From NCBI GenBank assembly GCA_050174915.1, contig JBFXJL010000001.1, forward strand, positions 539,346 through 603,345: a DNA stretch of 64,000 nucleotides, given 5' to 3'. The DNA is from Elusimicrobiales bacterium (GTDB lineage: Bacteria; Elusimicrobiota; Elusimicrobia; Elusimicrobiales; UBA9959). This document shows, one piece after another, positions 45,918 through 55,500 of this stretch. The translations under genes were made by a program, and so were the position numbers. Below the pieces are notes generated by a model. The model was given only the letters and a program-made list of their open reading frames with translations. It searched no databases and was not told the DNA's origin. Position 1 is the first letter of the stretch. Every line of letters begins with the position of its first letter.

Positions 45918-47423
45918 ATGATAAAATATTTCCTGTTTGCCGCCTTGGCGGCCTCGCAATTTCTCCTGGCCGCGGCGCCGCTGGCGGCCCAGACCGCCAG
46001 CCGGTCGTCTATAGAGGCCAAGCTCGCGCTGGAGAACTCGCTTGAGAAGCGCGTGCGCATGGTGCTCTCGGAGGCGCTGGGCACGGAGGACATCATAGTG
46101 ATGATCTCCGCCGAACTGCAGGAGCCGGACAAGAAGGCCAGGGAGATCCTTCCCGGCATCCCGCGCCAGGAAAAGATGGGCGAGGCCTCGCTGTCAAGCA
46201 GCCTCACCATGGTCAAGAAGATCTCGGCCAGCCTGATCCTCGACAAGTCCGTTTCCGAGGAGGACGCGCAGCTGGCCCGCAAACTGGCCGGCGGCCTGCT
46301 GGGCCTGCCCTCCGACAGGCAGGACCTGATAACCCTCGAGCGCATGGATTTCCGCAAGGTCCGGCCGCTTACCTTCGCCGACCTGTTCCTCCCCCCCAAC
46401 CTCTGGAGCCTGACCTGGATAGTAGTGGTGGGCGCCCTGGCCTTCCTGACCGTTTTCAAATTCCTGGCGCCGCTCTCGCGCAGCGCCGGAGCCTTCGTAG
46501 AGGCCTTCAGCGCCCACGCCGCGGCGGCCGCCGCCGGCGGAGAGCGCGCCGAACGCGGCGAGCGCCGCGACGAACCGGAAGCCCGCGAGACGGCCAAGGC
46601 GGCGCAGGAGGCCCAGGCCGCCCAGCCCGCCGACGGCCGCAAACCCCCGTTCTGGTTCCTGACCGCCGGGCACCTCTCCAGCCTGGCCTTCATCATGAAG
46701 TCGCGCCCGACCGAGGACCTGACCATCGTGCTCAGCTACGCCCCCGGAGACGTGGCGTCCCGGCTGGCAGAGACCCTCTACCCGAAAAGCGCCGACGCCC
46801 TGGCCCAGCTGCCCAAGGTGACCCTGATGCCGGAGGCGCGCATCCGCTCGCTCGAGGCCGAGATACAGGCCGCGCTGGACTACGTGGTGGGCGGCGAGGA
46901 CAAGGCCGTCGGCATAATCAGCGGCCTCGACGAAGCCGTGCAGGAGAAAGCCCTGGCGGCCTTCGCCCGCCTCGACCCCGTGATGGGCAAGAAGCTCAAC
47001 GCCTCCGTAGTGCGCCTGGCCAACATCCAGGACCTGGAACCGGCCCACGCGCAGACGCTGGCCCGCAGACTGCCGGTGAGAGTGCTGGCGGCAGCACTCA
47101 AAGGCTCCCCCCACGCGCCCGCCTTCCTGGCCAAGCTGGCAGGCGGAATGCAGGAGCGTTTCAAACAGGAGCTGGAACTAACCCGCGACCTGCCCGCCGA
47201 AGCCTACAAGAGCGACAGGGCCAGGGTGGTAGAGACTCTGCGCCAGCTGATCAAAGAAGGCCTGGTGACGCTCAGGGGCCGCGGCGCTCCCGCCCCCAGG
47301 CCCGCGGCCGCCCCGGCGGCGGCCAGGCCCGCCGGCGCGACCCCCGCCCCCGGCGTAAGACCAGCGGCCGCTCCGCCCGCCGCCGCCCCCAAGCCCCCGC
47401 CGGCCGCGGCCGCCAAACCCTGA
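45918..47423 (+). CDS. membrane protein combining a FliF/SctJ-like periplasmic domain, one TM helix and FliG-like middle and C-terminal domains
   Basis: ORF 45903..47423. ATG 45918 is preferred, giving MIKYFLFAALAASQFLLAAAPLAAQ (signal/TM1). ORF aa 36-148 run LENSLEKRVRMVLSEALGTEDIIVMISAELQ...SASLILDKSVSEEDAQLARKLAGGLLGLPSDRQDLITLE, an alpha-beta-beta-alpha-beta ring-building-motif-like pattern. TM helix LWSLTWIVVVGALAFLTVFKFLAPL. After a charged linker, aa 249-457 are FliG-like: RPTEDLTIVLSYAPGDVASRLAETL..., VRVLAAALKGSP..., GMQERFKQELELTRDLPAEAYKSDRARVVETLRQLIKEGLVTL. The tail is Pro/Ala-rich. Confidence 0.65.
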   Translation: MIKYFLFAALAASQFLLAAAPLAAQTASRSSIEAKLALENSLEKRVRMVLSEALGTEDIIVMISAELQEPDKKAREILPGIPRQEKMGEASLSSSLTMVKKISASLILDKSVSEEDAQLARKLAGGLLGLPSDRQDLITLERMDFRKVRPLTFADLFLPPNLWSLTWIVVVGALAFLTVFKFLAPLSRSAGAFVEAFSAHAAAAAAGGERAERGERRDEPEARETAKAAQEAQAAQPADGRKPPFWFLTAGHLSSLAFIMKSRPTEDLTIVLSYAPGDVASRLAETLYPKSADALAQLPKVTLMPEARIRSLEAEIQAALDYVVGGEDKAVGIISGLDEAVQEKALAAFARLDPVMGKKLNASVVRLANIQDLEPAHAQTLARRLPVRVLAAALKGSPHAPAFLAKLAGGMQERFKQELELTRDLPAEAYKSDRARVVETLRQLIKEGLVTLRGRGAPAPRPAAAPAAARPAGATPAPGVRPAAAPPAAAPKPPPAAAAKP

Positions 47424-47441
47424 CTCCCGAGGTAAACTATT

Positions 47442-48215
47442 ATGGACCTGATGACATTCCTTGGAGGCCTGACCGGGCTGGGCGTCATAATCTTCGTGCT
47501 CTCCACCGGCGGCATGCTGAAATTCCTGCTCAACTGGGAAGCCATTATCCTGATCTTCGGCGGTACGGCCGGCTCGGTGATGATCGCCTACCCCTGGGCT
47601 TCGCTGAAGTGGCTTAAGTCCTCGGTGAAAATGGTGATCTTCCCCCCCAAGCGCCCGGCCATACACGAGCTCATCCGCGCCATCGTGCGCTACGCCGAGA
47701 TCGGCAAGAAGAACGGCATCGACGCCATCGCCGGCGAGCTGCGCACCTCGCCGCACCCGTTCCTGACCGACGCCTGCCAGATGATGCTCGACGGCGTGGA
47801 CATACACATCCTGCGCGAGCGCATGGAAAACGACATCAACACCACCCGCCTGCGCCACCAGCAGCAGACCAACATCTTCAACTCGGCCGGCACCTTCGCC
47901 CCGATCTTCGGCCTGCTCGGCACGCTCATCGGCGTCGTGCAGGTGCTCCGCAACATCCAGGACCCGTCCAAGATGGGTTCGTCGATGGCCATCGCCATGA
48001 CCGCGTCCTTCTACGGCATCTTCTCGGCCAACTTCCTGTTCCTGCCCATCGCCAGCAAGCTGGGCTACTATTCCGACGAGGACATCCTCAGCCGCGAGAT
48101 CATCGCCAAGGGCGTGCTCTCCATCTACGACGGGGACGTGCCCTGGCTGGTCTCCAAGAAACTGGAAGGCTACCTGTCCCTGGCGCTGAGACGCAAGGCC
48201 AAGACGGGCGCGTAA
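47442..48215 (+). CDS. motA: MotA/PomA-family proton-channel stator protein
   Basis: 257 aa, 4 TM segments. Conserved blocks include both functionally important prolines: GTFAPIFGLLGTLIGV and SANFLFLPIASKL. GAGG sits upstream of the ATG. Confidence 0.85.
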   Translation: MDLMTFLGGLTGLGVIIFVLSTGGMLKFLLNWEAIILIFGGTAGSVMIAYPWASLKWLKSSVKMVIFPPKRPAIHELIRAIVRYAEIGKKNGIDAIAGELRTSPHPFLTDACQMMLDGVDIHILRERMENDINTTRLRHQQQTNIFNSAGTFAPIFGLLGTLIGVVQVLRNIQDPSKMGSSMAIAMTASFYGIFSANFLFLPIASKLGYYSDEDILSREIIAKGVLSIYDGDVPWLVSKKLEGYLSLALRRKAKTGA

Positions 48216-48245
48216 AGTCAGCGGCCGCTTACCGAGGCACAGCTC

Positions 48246-48920
48246 ATGAAGTTCTTCATCTCCAGATACTCCAGTTACAGAGTGGGCGACAACCCGCTCT
48301 GGCTGGTCGTGCTGGCGGACATCATGACCAACCTCATGCTGTTCTTCCTGATCCTCTACGTCTTCACCACCCGCCCCGACCTGGCCTCCAACTCCGAGTT
48401 CCTGGAGGGCTTCGACAAGGATACCGCCCAGCAGCAGAAGGAAAAGAAGGCCGAGGACGTGGTAAAGAAATTCACCGAGGAGGACCTGGCGCGCAAGCTC
48501 GCCGAGGACCTGCTCAAGGCGGGCATGAAGGACCTGGCCGAAGTGCAGATCACCGCCAAACAGATCAAGATTAACATCGCCGCCCCGGTGCTCTTCCGCT
48601 CCGGCAAGGCGGAGCTGGGCGGCTCTTCGGCCGAGGTGCTGGGACCGGTGGCCGCGGTGCTAAACACGCTGCCCAACGACGTGATAGTGGAGGGCCACAC
48701 CGACGCCGTGCCCATCAAGTCCGGCGACTACGGCACCAACTGGGAACTCTCGGCGGCCCGCGCCAACGCCGTGGTGGACCTGCTGGCCGCCAGGTACTCG
48801 GTGCCGCAGGAGCGGATGATAGCGGCGGCCTACGGCGAGCACCGGCCGGCCGCCCCCAACGACACGGCCGAAGGCCGCGCCAGGAACCGCAGGATCGAGA
48901 TCATAGTCCCCCGGGAATGA
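48246..48920 (+). CDS. motB: MotB-family stator protein 1 (OmpA-like peptidoglycan-binding C-domain)
   Basis: N-terminal TM helix with the channel Asp: PLWLVVLADIMTNLMLFFLILYVF. OmpA-like domain: VEGHTDAVP...NWELSAARANAV...NRRIEIIV. Confidence 0.85.
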   Translation: MKFFISRYSSYRVGDNPLWLVVLADIMTNLMLFFLILYVFTTRPDLASNSEFLEGFDKDTAQQQKEKKAEDVVKKFTEEDLARKLAEDLLKAGMKDLAEVQITAKQIKINIAAPVLFRSGKAELGGSSAEVLGPVAAVLNTLPNDVIVEGHTDAVPIKSGDYGTNWELSAARANAVVDLLAARYSVPQERMIAAAYGEHRPAAPNDTAEGRARNRRIEIIVPRE

Positions 48921-49567
48921 GCGAAAAGAAAGACATCTCCCAGCTCTGGATGGTCCCTTACGCGGACCTGATGACCTGCATGGTCATCCTGTTCCTTGCC
49001 CTCTACGGCTTCGCCTACAACATGAAAGGCTCCGAATACGAGAAGGCGCTGGCCCAGATGCAGAAGGAGCTGGGCATCAAGCACGCCGACCAGAAGCTCA
49101 GGGAGCTCGAGGCCGCCAGCAAGGTGGAAGAGGACCTGAAGGAACAGATCAAGGAAGGCAGCCTGGGCCTGGAGTTCAGCACGTCGCGCATCAAGCTCAC
49201 CTTCGCCTCGCCGGTGCTCTTCGACTCCGGCTCGGCCAGGCTCAAGCCGTCCGCGCTGGCGGTGCTGGATCCGGTGGCCGACAGCCTGCTGAAGATGGAA
49301 AACAGCGTGGTGGTGGAGGGCCATACGGATTCGGCCCGCATGCTCGGCAGGAAATTCGCCTCCAACCGGGAACTATCCATCATGCGCGCTTTCTCGGTGA
49401 TCGACTACCTGGCCTCCAGGGGCGTGAGCCCCGGGCGGCTCACGGCCTTCGGCTACGGGGAGTTCCGCCCGGCCGCCCCGAACGACACCGACGAGAACCG
49501 CGCCCGGAACCGGCGCATAGAGATGATCATCATGCGCCAGGAGCAGCCACAGGGAACCAAATCATGA
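48917..49567 (+). CDS. motB: MotB-family stator protein 2 (paralog)
   Basis: TM helix with Asp: QLWMVPYADLMTCMVILFLALYGF. OmpA-like domain: VEGHTDSARM...NRELSIMRAFSV...NRRIEMII. ATGA overlap with MotB-1. Confidence 0.85.
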   Translation: MSEKKDISQLWMVPYADLMTCMVILFLALYGFAYNMKGSEYEKALAQMQKELGIKHADQKLRELEAASKVEEDLKEQIKEGSLGLEFSTSRIKLTFASPVLFDSGSARLKPSALAVLDPVADSLLKMENSVVVEGHTDSARMLGRKFASNRELSIMRAFSVIDYLASRGVSPGRLTAFGYGEFRPAAPNDTDENRARNRRIEMIIMRQEQPQGTKS

Positions 49568-50490
49568 AAACACTTATCCTCGCCGCGGCGCTCGCCGCCT
49601 TCTCCGGGCCCGCCGCCCTGGCGCAGCCCGCCCCCGAAAATTTCGACCTCAAGGCCTATTACGACAAGGCCTTCTCCTATTACGTGGCCGGGGAATATTC
49701 CAAAGCCATCGAGCAGTGGAACATGGTGCTGCGCTCCGACCCCAAGCAGACCACCGCCAAGAACATGATAGAGGAAGCCCGCCGGAAAATGGCCGGTTCC
49801 GCTTCCGACCTGAAAGGCGCCTTCGCGCGCCTGGTACAGCGCGCCCAGTACGCCGACGCGCTGCAGAAGCTCGAAGAGCTGCTGGCCACCGACCCCACGA
49901 ACCCCTACTATGTGTCGGCCCAGGGCCGGTTGAGAACCATCTCGGCCATCGCCCCCCGCCGCCCTTCCGCCTCGCGCGCCTGGGGCGCCGCCGCGGACGG
50001 CATCGGCGCCTGGCTGGGAGAAAAAGCGGACCTGCCCTTCGCCTACGACGCGCTGCGTTACGCCGCCGAACTGGCCCCCGCCGAGCGGGCCTTTCCCCGC
50101 CTGGTGGCCGCTCTCGAGGCCGAGGCGCCCCAGCTGCGGCTCAACGACACCAAGCCGGAGAACGTAGCCGTGCTCGAGCACAAGAAGGAAAAGGCGCTGC
50201 ACCACATCTACGATTCCAAATTCTACCTGGCCGTCAAGGAGCTCGAAGGCGTGCTGCGCCTGGAGCCCGACGACGTCACCGCGCTCAAACGTGCGGGATC
50301 GGCCTACCTGCAGCTCAAGGATTACCGCCAGGCCCGGAGTTCCTGGCAGCGCGCGCTGGAGCTCTCCCCCGGCGACGAGCAGCTGCCGGAATACCTGAAG
50401 GCGCTCGACGAGGCCATGCCCGAGGCCGCCCGGCCCGGGCCGAGCAAAACCCGGAAAGGCGCCCGCAAACAGGCCGGCGCCCGCTACTGA
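49564..50490 (+). CDS. periplasmic TPR-repeat protein
   Basis: Signal peptide MKTLILAAALAAFSGPAALAQ. TPR-like units (YYDKAFSYYVAGEYSKAIEQWNMVLRSDP; GSAYLQLKDYRQARSSWQRALELSP). ATGA overlap with MotB-2. Confidence 0.75.
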   Translation: MKTLILAAALAAFSGPAALAQPAPENFDLKAYYDKAFSYYVAGEYSKAIEQWNMVLRSDPKQTTAKNMIEEARRKMAGSASDLKGAFARLVQRAQYADALQKLEELLATDPTNPYYVSAQGRLRTISAIAPRRPSASRAWGAAADGIGAWLGEKADLPFAYDALRYAAELAPAERAFPRLVAALEAEAPQLRLNDTKPENVAVLEHKKEKALHHIYDSKFYLAVKELEGVLRLEPDDVTALKRAGSAYLQLKDYRQARSSWQRALELSPGDEQLPEYLKALDEAMPEAARPGPSKTRKGARKQAGARY

Positions 50491-50512
50491 CCTTCCTCTC
50501 CCCCAATAAATC

Positions 50513-50538
50513 AAAAAGGGCCGGCAGCGGCCCTTTTT
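50513..50538. terminator. bidirectional intrinsic terminator between the motor operon and the convergent beta-barrel gene
   Basis: AAAAA GGGCCG GCAG CGGCCC TTTTT. Confidence 0.7.
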
Positions 50539-50560
50539 CCACGCTCCGGCGGCGCGCCGG

Positions 50561-52474
50561 TCAGAAAGAGTAATTGTACCTGGTCATCACGTTCAGCACG
50601 GTCTCGTCGGCGGCCGGGTTGAGGTTGTCCGCGCGCGAGACCCCTCCCACGCCGAAGGTAAACCGGGAGTTCTGGCTCTTCAGCCAGACCGTTTCCACGT
50701 TGAGCGTGACGGAGCTGTTGTCGGCCGGCGAGAGGGGCGAGTCGTTCTCGGCCGAGGCCAGCGTGGCCCAGCACTGCACCGCCATGCCGCGCCGCGGCAT
50801 GGCGTAGGAGAGGCTGGCGGTGAGGCTGTTGTTCTTGCCGGTGGAGGAATCAACCTTGTCCTTCGTCTCGGAACTGACCAGGCCCGTCGACAGGGACAGG
50901 CGCCGGTTGAGCTTGAAAGAGCCGTTGAGAGAGAGCAGCGAGCTGTCCAGGTCGTGCGACAGGCCCAGGTTATCCTTGAAGGAAGACTGCTGCACGCCGG
51001 CCGACAGCGTGTGGCGGCCCAGCGGCTGCGTTACCGAGAGGTTGAGCGTGGTGGTCTGGTTGTCCTGTACGCCCTCGGTCTGGGCCTTGGCGGTATTGGT
51101 CATGATCGAGGTGTTCACCACCGTCTTGCCCAGGATCCTCAGCGTGTTGCCCAGCGTGGTCTGGGCCTGGTCCGTGGTGGTCTTGGCCGGGTCGGCGTCG
51201 AGGTTGTCGGTGTAGGCGTTGTAGGCCACCGTGAAGGTGGTCCAGTCCGCCGGAAAAAGCCCCAGCTCGGCGTCCAGCACCTCCCGGTCCGCGATCACCG
51301 ACGGACTACCGAAGGAATAGAATTTGGGATCTATGCGCGACAGCGCGCCGCGCGCGGTAAACAGGTCGGCGCGGTATTTAAGTTCCTGCTTCCAGGCCGA
51401 GCCGCCCACCGCCGCCCCGGAGGCTTCCAGGTCCGCTTTGTAGGCGCTCATCTGGAAATCGCTGTTGAGGGAGAACGCCTTCAGGAACTTCCACTCGGCG
51501 TTGAGACCGTAGACCACGGTCTGCTGGGGCTTGATGGTCAGCGCCGTCGTGGTGATGTTGATGGAATGCATGTCGTCACGGCTCATCACCGCGTCCGCCG
51601 AGACCTTGAGGTTGGGCCGGAACTGCCAGCCGGCCTTCAGGCCGCTGGTATAGCGCGCGAAGCGGCCGCCGCTGTTGGGGCCAGGCTCCTCGGGCGCCAC
51701 GATGCGCCCCACCAGGGCCAATAACGAATACTTTCCCCGCGCCCGCTCGAACGAGACGCCGCGCATGCCCTGCCCGTCCATCGACAGCGGCGTCAGGGTG
51801 GGCGAGATGTCGCCTACGCTCAGGGTACCCCAGGGGGCGTAGTAGTTGAGCAGCACTATCGTGGGCGTGATCGGGCGGTGGTAGGTGTGCACCACGTAGG
51901 TATTGAACAGGAAGGAGGACTGGCGGATCTTGCCCACCAGATTGGCCGACGTGATCCCCTGGTGGTGGTCCCAGCCGTCGCGGCTGTTGTTCTTGTAGGT
52001 GAAAGAGACGTCGCCGCCGATCTTGAAATCTTCGGGCACAGTGTAGCGCAGCTCCTTTTCTATGACCTGGAAGCCCTTGAAATCGGTCTCGAGGATGCGG
52101 CGGCCGTCCTTGATGAGGAAGACGCGGTAAAGCAGGCGGCGGCCGGCCAGGTTGTCGGGCACGCGGAAAGCCAGCTGCACGCCCTGCGCCGCGCCCGGGG
52201 CCACGTCCTCGGCCGGCGACACGCTGGCCGTCTGGGTGAGAAAGCGGCGGCCCTCACCCTCTATGGCGTATACCTCGCCTATCCAGTAGTAACTGCCGCG
52301 CTCCCACACGGAGGCGCCGCTGTTGACGGCCAGCGTCTGAAGCGTCACTTCCTCGCCGGCCATCACCGGGTCGGGCGCGGCCACCGTGAACTGCAGGCTC
52401 GCGGCGTCCTGCGCCAGCAGCGGCCGGGCCTGACAGACGAGGGAGAAAAATATTATTGCGGCAAGTTTACGCAT
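50561..52474 (-). CDS. outer-membrane beta-barrel protein with an N-terminal Ig-like domain, unknown family
   Basis: Signal peptide MRKLAAIIFFSLVCQARPLLAQ. The alternating-residue beta-strand pattern persists throughout. C-terminal OMP signature ...VMTRYNYSF (terminal Phe). Confidence 0.7.
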   Translation of the reverse strand: MRKLAAIIFFSLVCQARPLLAQDAASLQFTVAAPDPVMAGEEVTLQTLAVNSGASVWERGSYYWIGEVYAIEGEGRRFLTQTASVSPAEDVAPGAAQGVQLAFRVPDNLAGRRLLYRVFLIKDGRRILETDFKGFQVIEKELRYTVPEDFKIGGDVSFTYKNNSRDGWDHHQGITSANLVGKIRQSSFLFNTYVVHTYHRPITPTIVLLNYYAPWGTLSVGDISPTLTPLSMDGQGMRGVSFERARGKYSLLALVGRIVAPEEPGPNSGGRFARYTSGLKAGWQFRPNLKVSADAVMSRDDMHSINITTTALTIKPQQTVVYGLNAEWKFLKAFSLNSDFQMSAYKADLEASGAAVGGSAWKQELKYRADLFTARGALSRIDPKFYSFGSPSVIADREVLDAELGLFPADWTTFTVAYNAYTDNLDADPAKTTTDQAQTTLGNTLRILGKTVVNTSIMTNTAKAQTEGVQDNQTTTLNLSVTQPLGRHTLSAGVQQSSFKDNLGLSHDLDSSLLSLNGSFKLNRRLSLSTGLVSSETKDKVDSSTGKNNSLTASLSYAMPRRGMAVQCWATLASAENDSPLSPADNSSVTLNVETVWLKSQNSRFTFGVGGVSRADNLNPAADETVLNVMTRYNYSF

Positions 52475-52519
52475 TATCAGCCTTAAATTATATTAATTTA
52501 CCAGCGGCCGGCGGCCGGC

Positions 52520-55500
52520 CTACCTCACCACCGCGAACTTCTTTACCACCTTCTCCGACCGGCCGGTGGTAAGGCCCTTGATCCGCAGCACGTAGAGATA
52601 CACGCCCGAGGCCGCGCCGTCGCGCACCAAGTCCCAGGTCAGGCGCCTGCCTCCCAGCTGCGCCAGGTCCGGCGCGTGGGCGTCGAGCGTTCTGAGCAGC
52701 CGCCCGGAGACGTCGAAGATCTGCGCCTCGGCCTCGTAAGGCTCCGGCGGCTGCGGAAAATGGAAATGCACTTCAGTGCTGGCCGGGTTGGGATAGGCGA
52801 AGACGCCGGCCTTGTTGAGCAGGTCCCATTTGGGAGCGAAGACCAGGCGCTCGCCGGGGCCCAGCTTCACCGTTTCCATGCGGCTGAACTCCGAACCGTT
52901 GAAGACACGCAGCGAGTAGGTGCCGGGCAGCAGGTTCGGGATTTCAAAGGCGCCGGCGGCGTCGGTATAGGCCGCGCCGATGCGGCGGCCGCGGCTGTAG
53001 ACTTCCACGAAGGGTTCGGCGCCGGAAGAGACGCGGGCCTCGCGCGTGGTATAGCGCGCGGTAGCGGGCCGCGCGGCGGAGGCGGCCGGCAGGTAGTTCG
53101 ACGGGATCACGCCGAGAATGCTGGCCAGCTGGTAGGAAACGCTAAGGCTGAAATTCACGTTGGACGAACCGTTAGGCACATTATCCTTGGAAACCGAGCT
53201 CTCGATGTCCTGCGCGGTCCAGACCGCCCGCAGCGTGAGGTAGAGCGAGTCCACGCCGGGGATGGAGTAGTCGCCGAAAGCGTCCGTGTAATCGCTGCCC
53301 TCCAGCGCGCCCGCCGGCGAGCGGGCCTCCACCAGCACGCCGGTGAGCGGCTGGGCGGCGGCGTCGGTGACGCGGCCGGTGAGCGCGCCGCTGCCCGGGG
53401 CCCCGCTGAGCGCCGAGGCCTCGCTGGAGGCCGCGGACCAGTTCTGCGCGTCGTCGGCGGTCCAGAGCGTGAAATAATAGACGGCGGCCGGGTCCAGGCC
53501 GGTCAGCGTCCAGTAGCGCGTGGTACCGGCGCTGACCGAGGCGGTGGCGATGGCCACCTGGGCCGTATCCGTGGAGACGGGGGCGCCCGCGTAGGTGGAG
53601 TAGGCTATCTTGTACGAGCCCTCCGGCAGGTAGCCGCCGGCCGCGTTGTCGCCGGCGGAAGGCCAAGAGAGGTTGACGGCGCCGCTGAAAGCCCCGGGAA
53701 CGGCGGCCAGGCCGGCCGTGGGCGGCGGCGGCGTGGCGTCGGAGTAGGTGAAGGTGGAACCGGACGCGTAGAAAGCGCCGGTGTTTACCGGCACGGCCAG
53801 GTCGGAGGCGCGCACGGTGACGTAATAGGAAGCGCCGTGAACCAGCGAATCGCGCAGGTAAGGCTGGAAGGTCCAGGTCCAGTACGGCGTGGTGCCGGCC
53901 TGCAGCGGCTCGGGCGCGGCGGCCCACTCGGAAACGGAGTTCTTCCACCATTTCCCGTCGGAGAGGCGCTTCAGCGCGACGTCCACCGAGGCTATGCCGG
54001 AATGCGGGTCGGCGGCGGTACCGCTGACCGAGGCCACGGAGGGCGAGGTCGAGCCGTCGGCGGGGTACAGCACCGCCGCGTCCGGGGCGCCCGCGTCGAA
54101 AGTGAAGGTATGAGTGGCCAGCAACTGCGAGTAGTCCCCGGCCGAGTCGGAGGACCGGGCCACCACCTGGTACTGGCGGCCGCCGATCAGCGGCAGGTTC
54201 TGAAAAATAATGGTGTAGCTGCTGGGGAAATCCTGGGCATCCTGCCAGGCCTGGGAGCCGGAGAGGAAATCGCCGCCGTTGTAATAGAGCAGGCTGGCCA
54301 GGTCGCGGATGGACACTTCGGTGCCCTTTACCTGGTGGGCGTTGGTCTCGGCCGTGCCGCCCGCCACGCGCGTGAACGTAGACAGGAACAGGGCGGTGGG
54401 CGTGGAAATGGTCACTACGGGGCCGCTGACGTTCTTGGCTATGCCGAAGGCGTCGGTGAGCGTGCGGGTGGAGCCGGCCACGTCGACCGCCCGGAAACTG
54501 AAGTAGTTGGAGGTAGCGTTGGCCAGCGCGTTAAAGCTGTAAGTCAGAGTGGGGCGATACCAGGTGGCGCCGGCGGTGAGCCCGGAGATATCCGTCCACG
54601 GGATAACCGCGCCGTCGGCGAAGTTCTTGGAGGCGCTGACGCTGAACTGCACCCGGGCCAGGCCGGAGAGCGGATCCCCGAAATCCAGGCCGGCCACGTC
54701 CCCGGGGTAATCGGTCAGCCAGGCCTCCGGGGCCGCGTAGCCCGATTCCACCGAAGGGGGCGTGGTGTCCTTGCGCACCATGAACGCCTCCAGGACCTCT
54801 CCGTAGTTGCCGGAGCGGTCATAGGCCCGGATGGAGACGTAGTTGGAAGCCCCGTCGAGCATAATGTCCCAGGCCTGCTGAGTAAGCGGCCAGTCAGCCG
54901 AATAGGATTCCTGGTCTATGCCCGTAAGAACGGGGGTCCAGCCGCCGACGAAACTGGCCGGGTCGGCTTCCCTGGTGGAGACGCGCACTTCTATCCGGTC
55001 CAGGCCGGCCGCGCCCACGTCGGTGAAATTCACGTCGCAGAGGAAGGTGTTGGTGGACTGCCAGCCGGGGATATTGCCCTGCTGGTCGTCGATAGTGGGG
55101 CTGCTGATGTCCAGCGCGGGATCGAAGCCGGTGCGCACCGCGGGCAGCTCTGCGTAGCGCGATAATTTTTCGGGTTCCTCCAGGCGGACCCGGGCGTAAT
55201 AGGTGGTGCTCTGCTGCAGCCCGGTCAGTACCGCCGAAAGAACGCCGGCCGCGCTGAGTGAGAAAGAGTGGGAATAGTCGGAATGAGAAGAGTAGACCAG
55301 GCTGTAATCGGAGCCGGGCGGGTTGCCGTTGGCGGTCCAGTTGACGGTGGCCGAAGACACCCAGACATTAGTCCAGGCGGCGGTGCCGGGAACTGCGGCG
55401 TAGGTAAACGTGGAGCCGGCCTGCGAGAACTGGGTGGCGACGCCGGCCCAGTTGCGGGCCCGGGCGCGGTAGTAGTACTGCGTGAGCGGCTGCAGGCCGG

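Noticed and set aside
45903-50490. Interpreting the locus as an ordinary flagellar motor gene cluster
   Set aside because: There are no flanking flagellar, chemotaxis or export genes within 64 kb, and the first gene is a membrane-anchored fusion rather than a soluble FliG. It is kept as a candidate novel system instead, pending whole-genome context.
52676-55165. 829-aa + strand ORF, and the 289/298-aa ORFs further along, antisense to the Kelch/FN3 gene
   Set aside because: The sequence is low-complexity and Arg/Gly-rich. The minus-strand protein has a signal peptide, Kelch and FN3 periodicity and a sorting domain.
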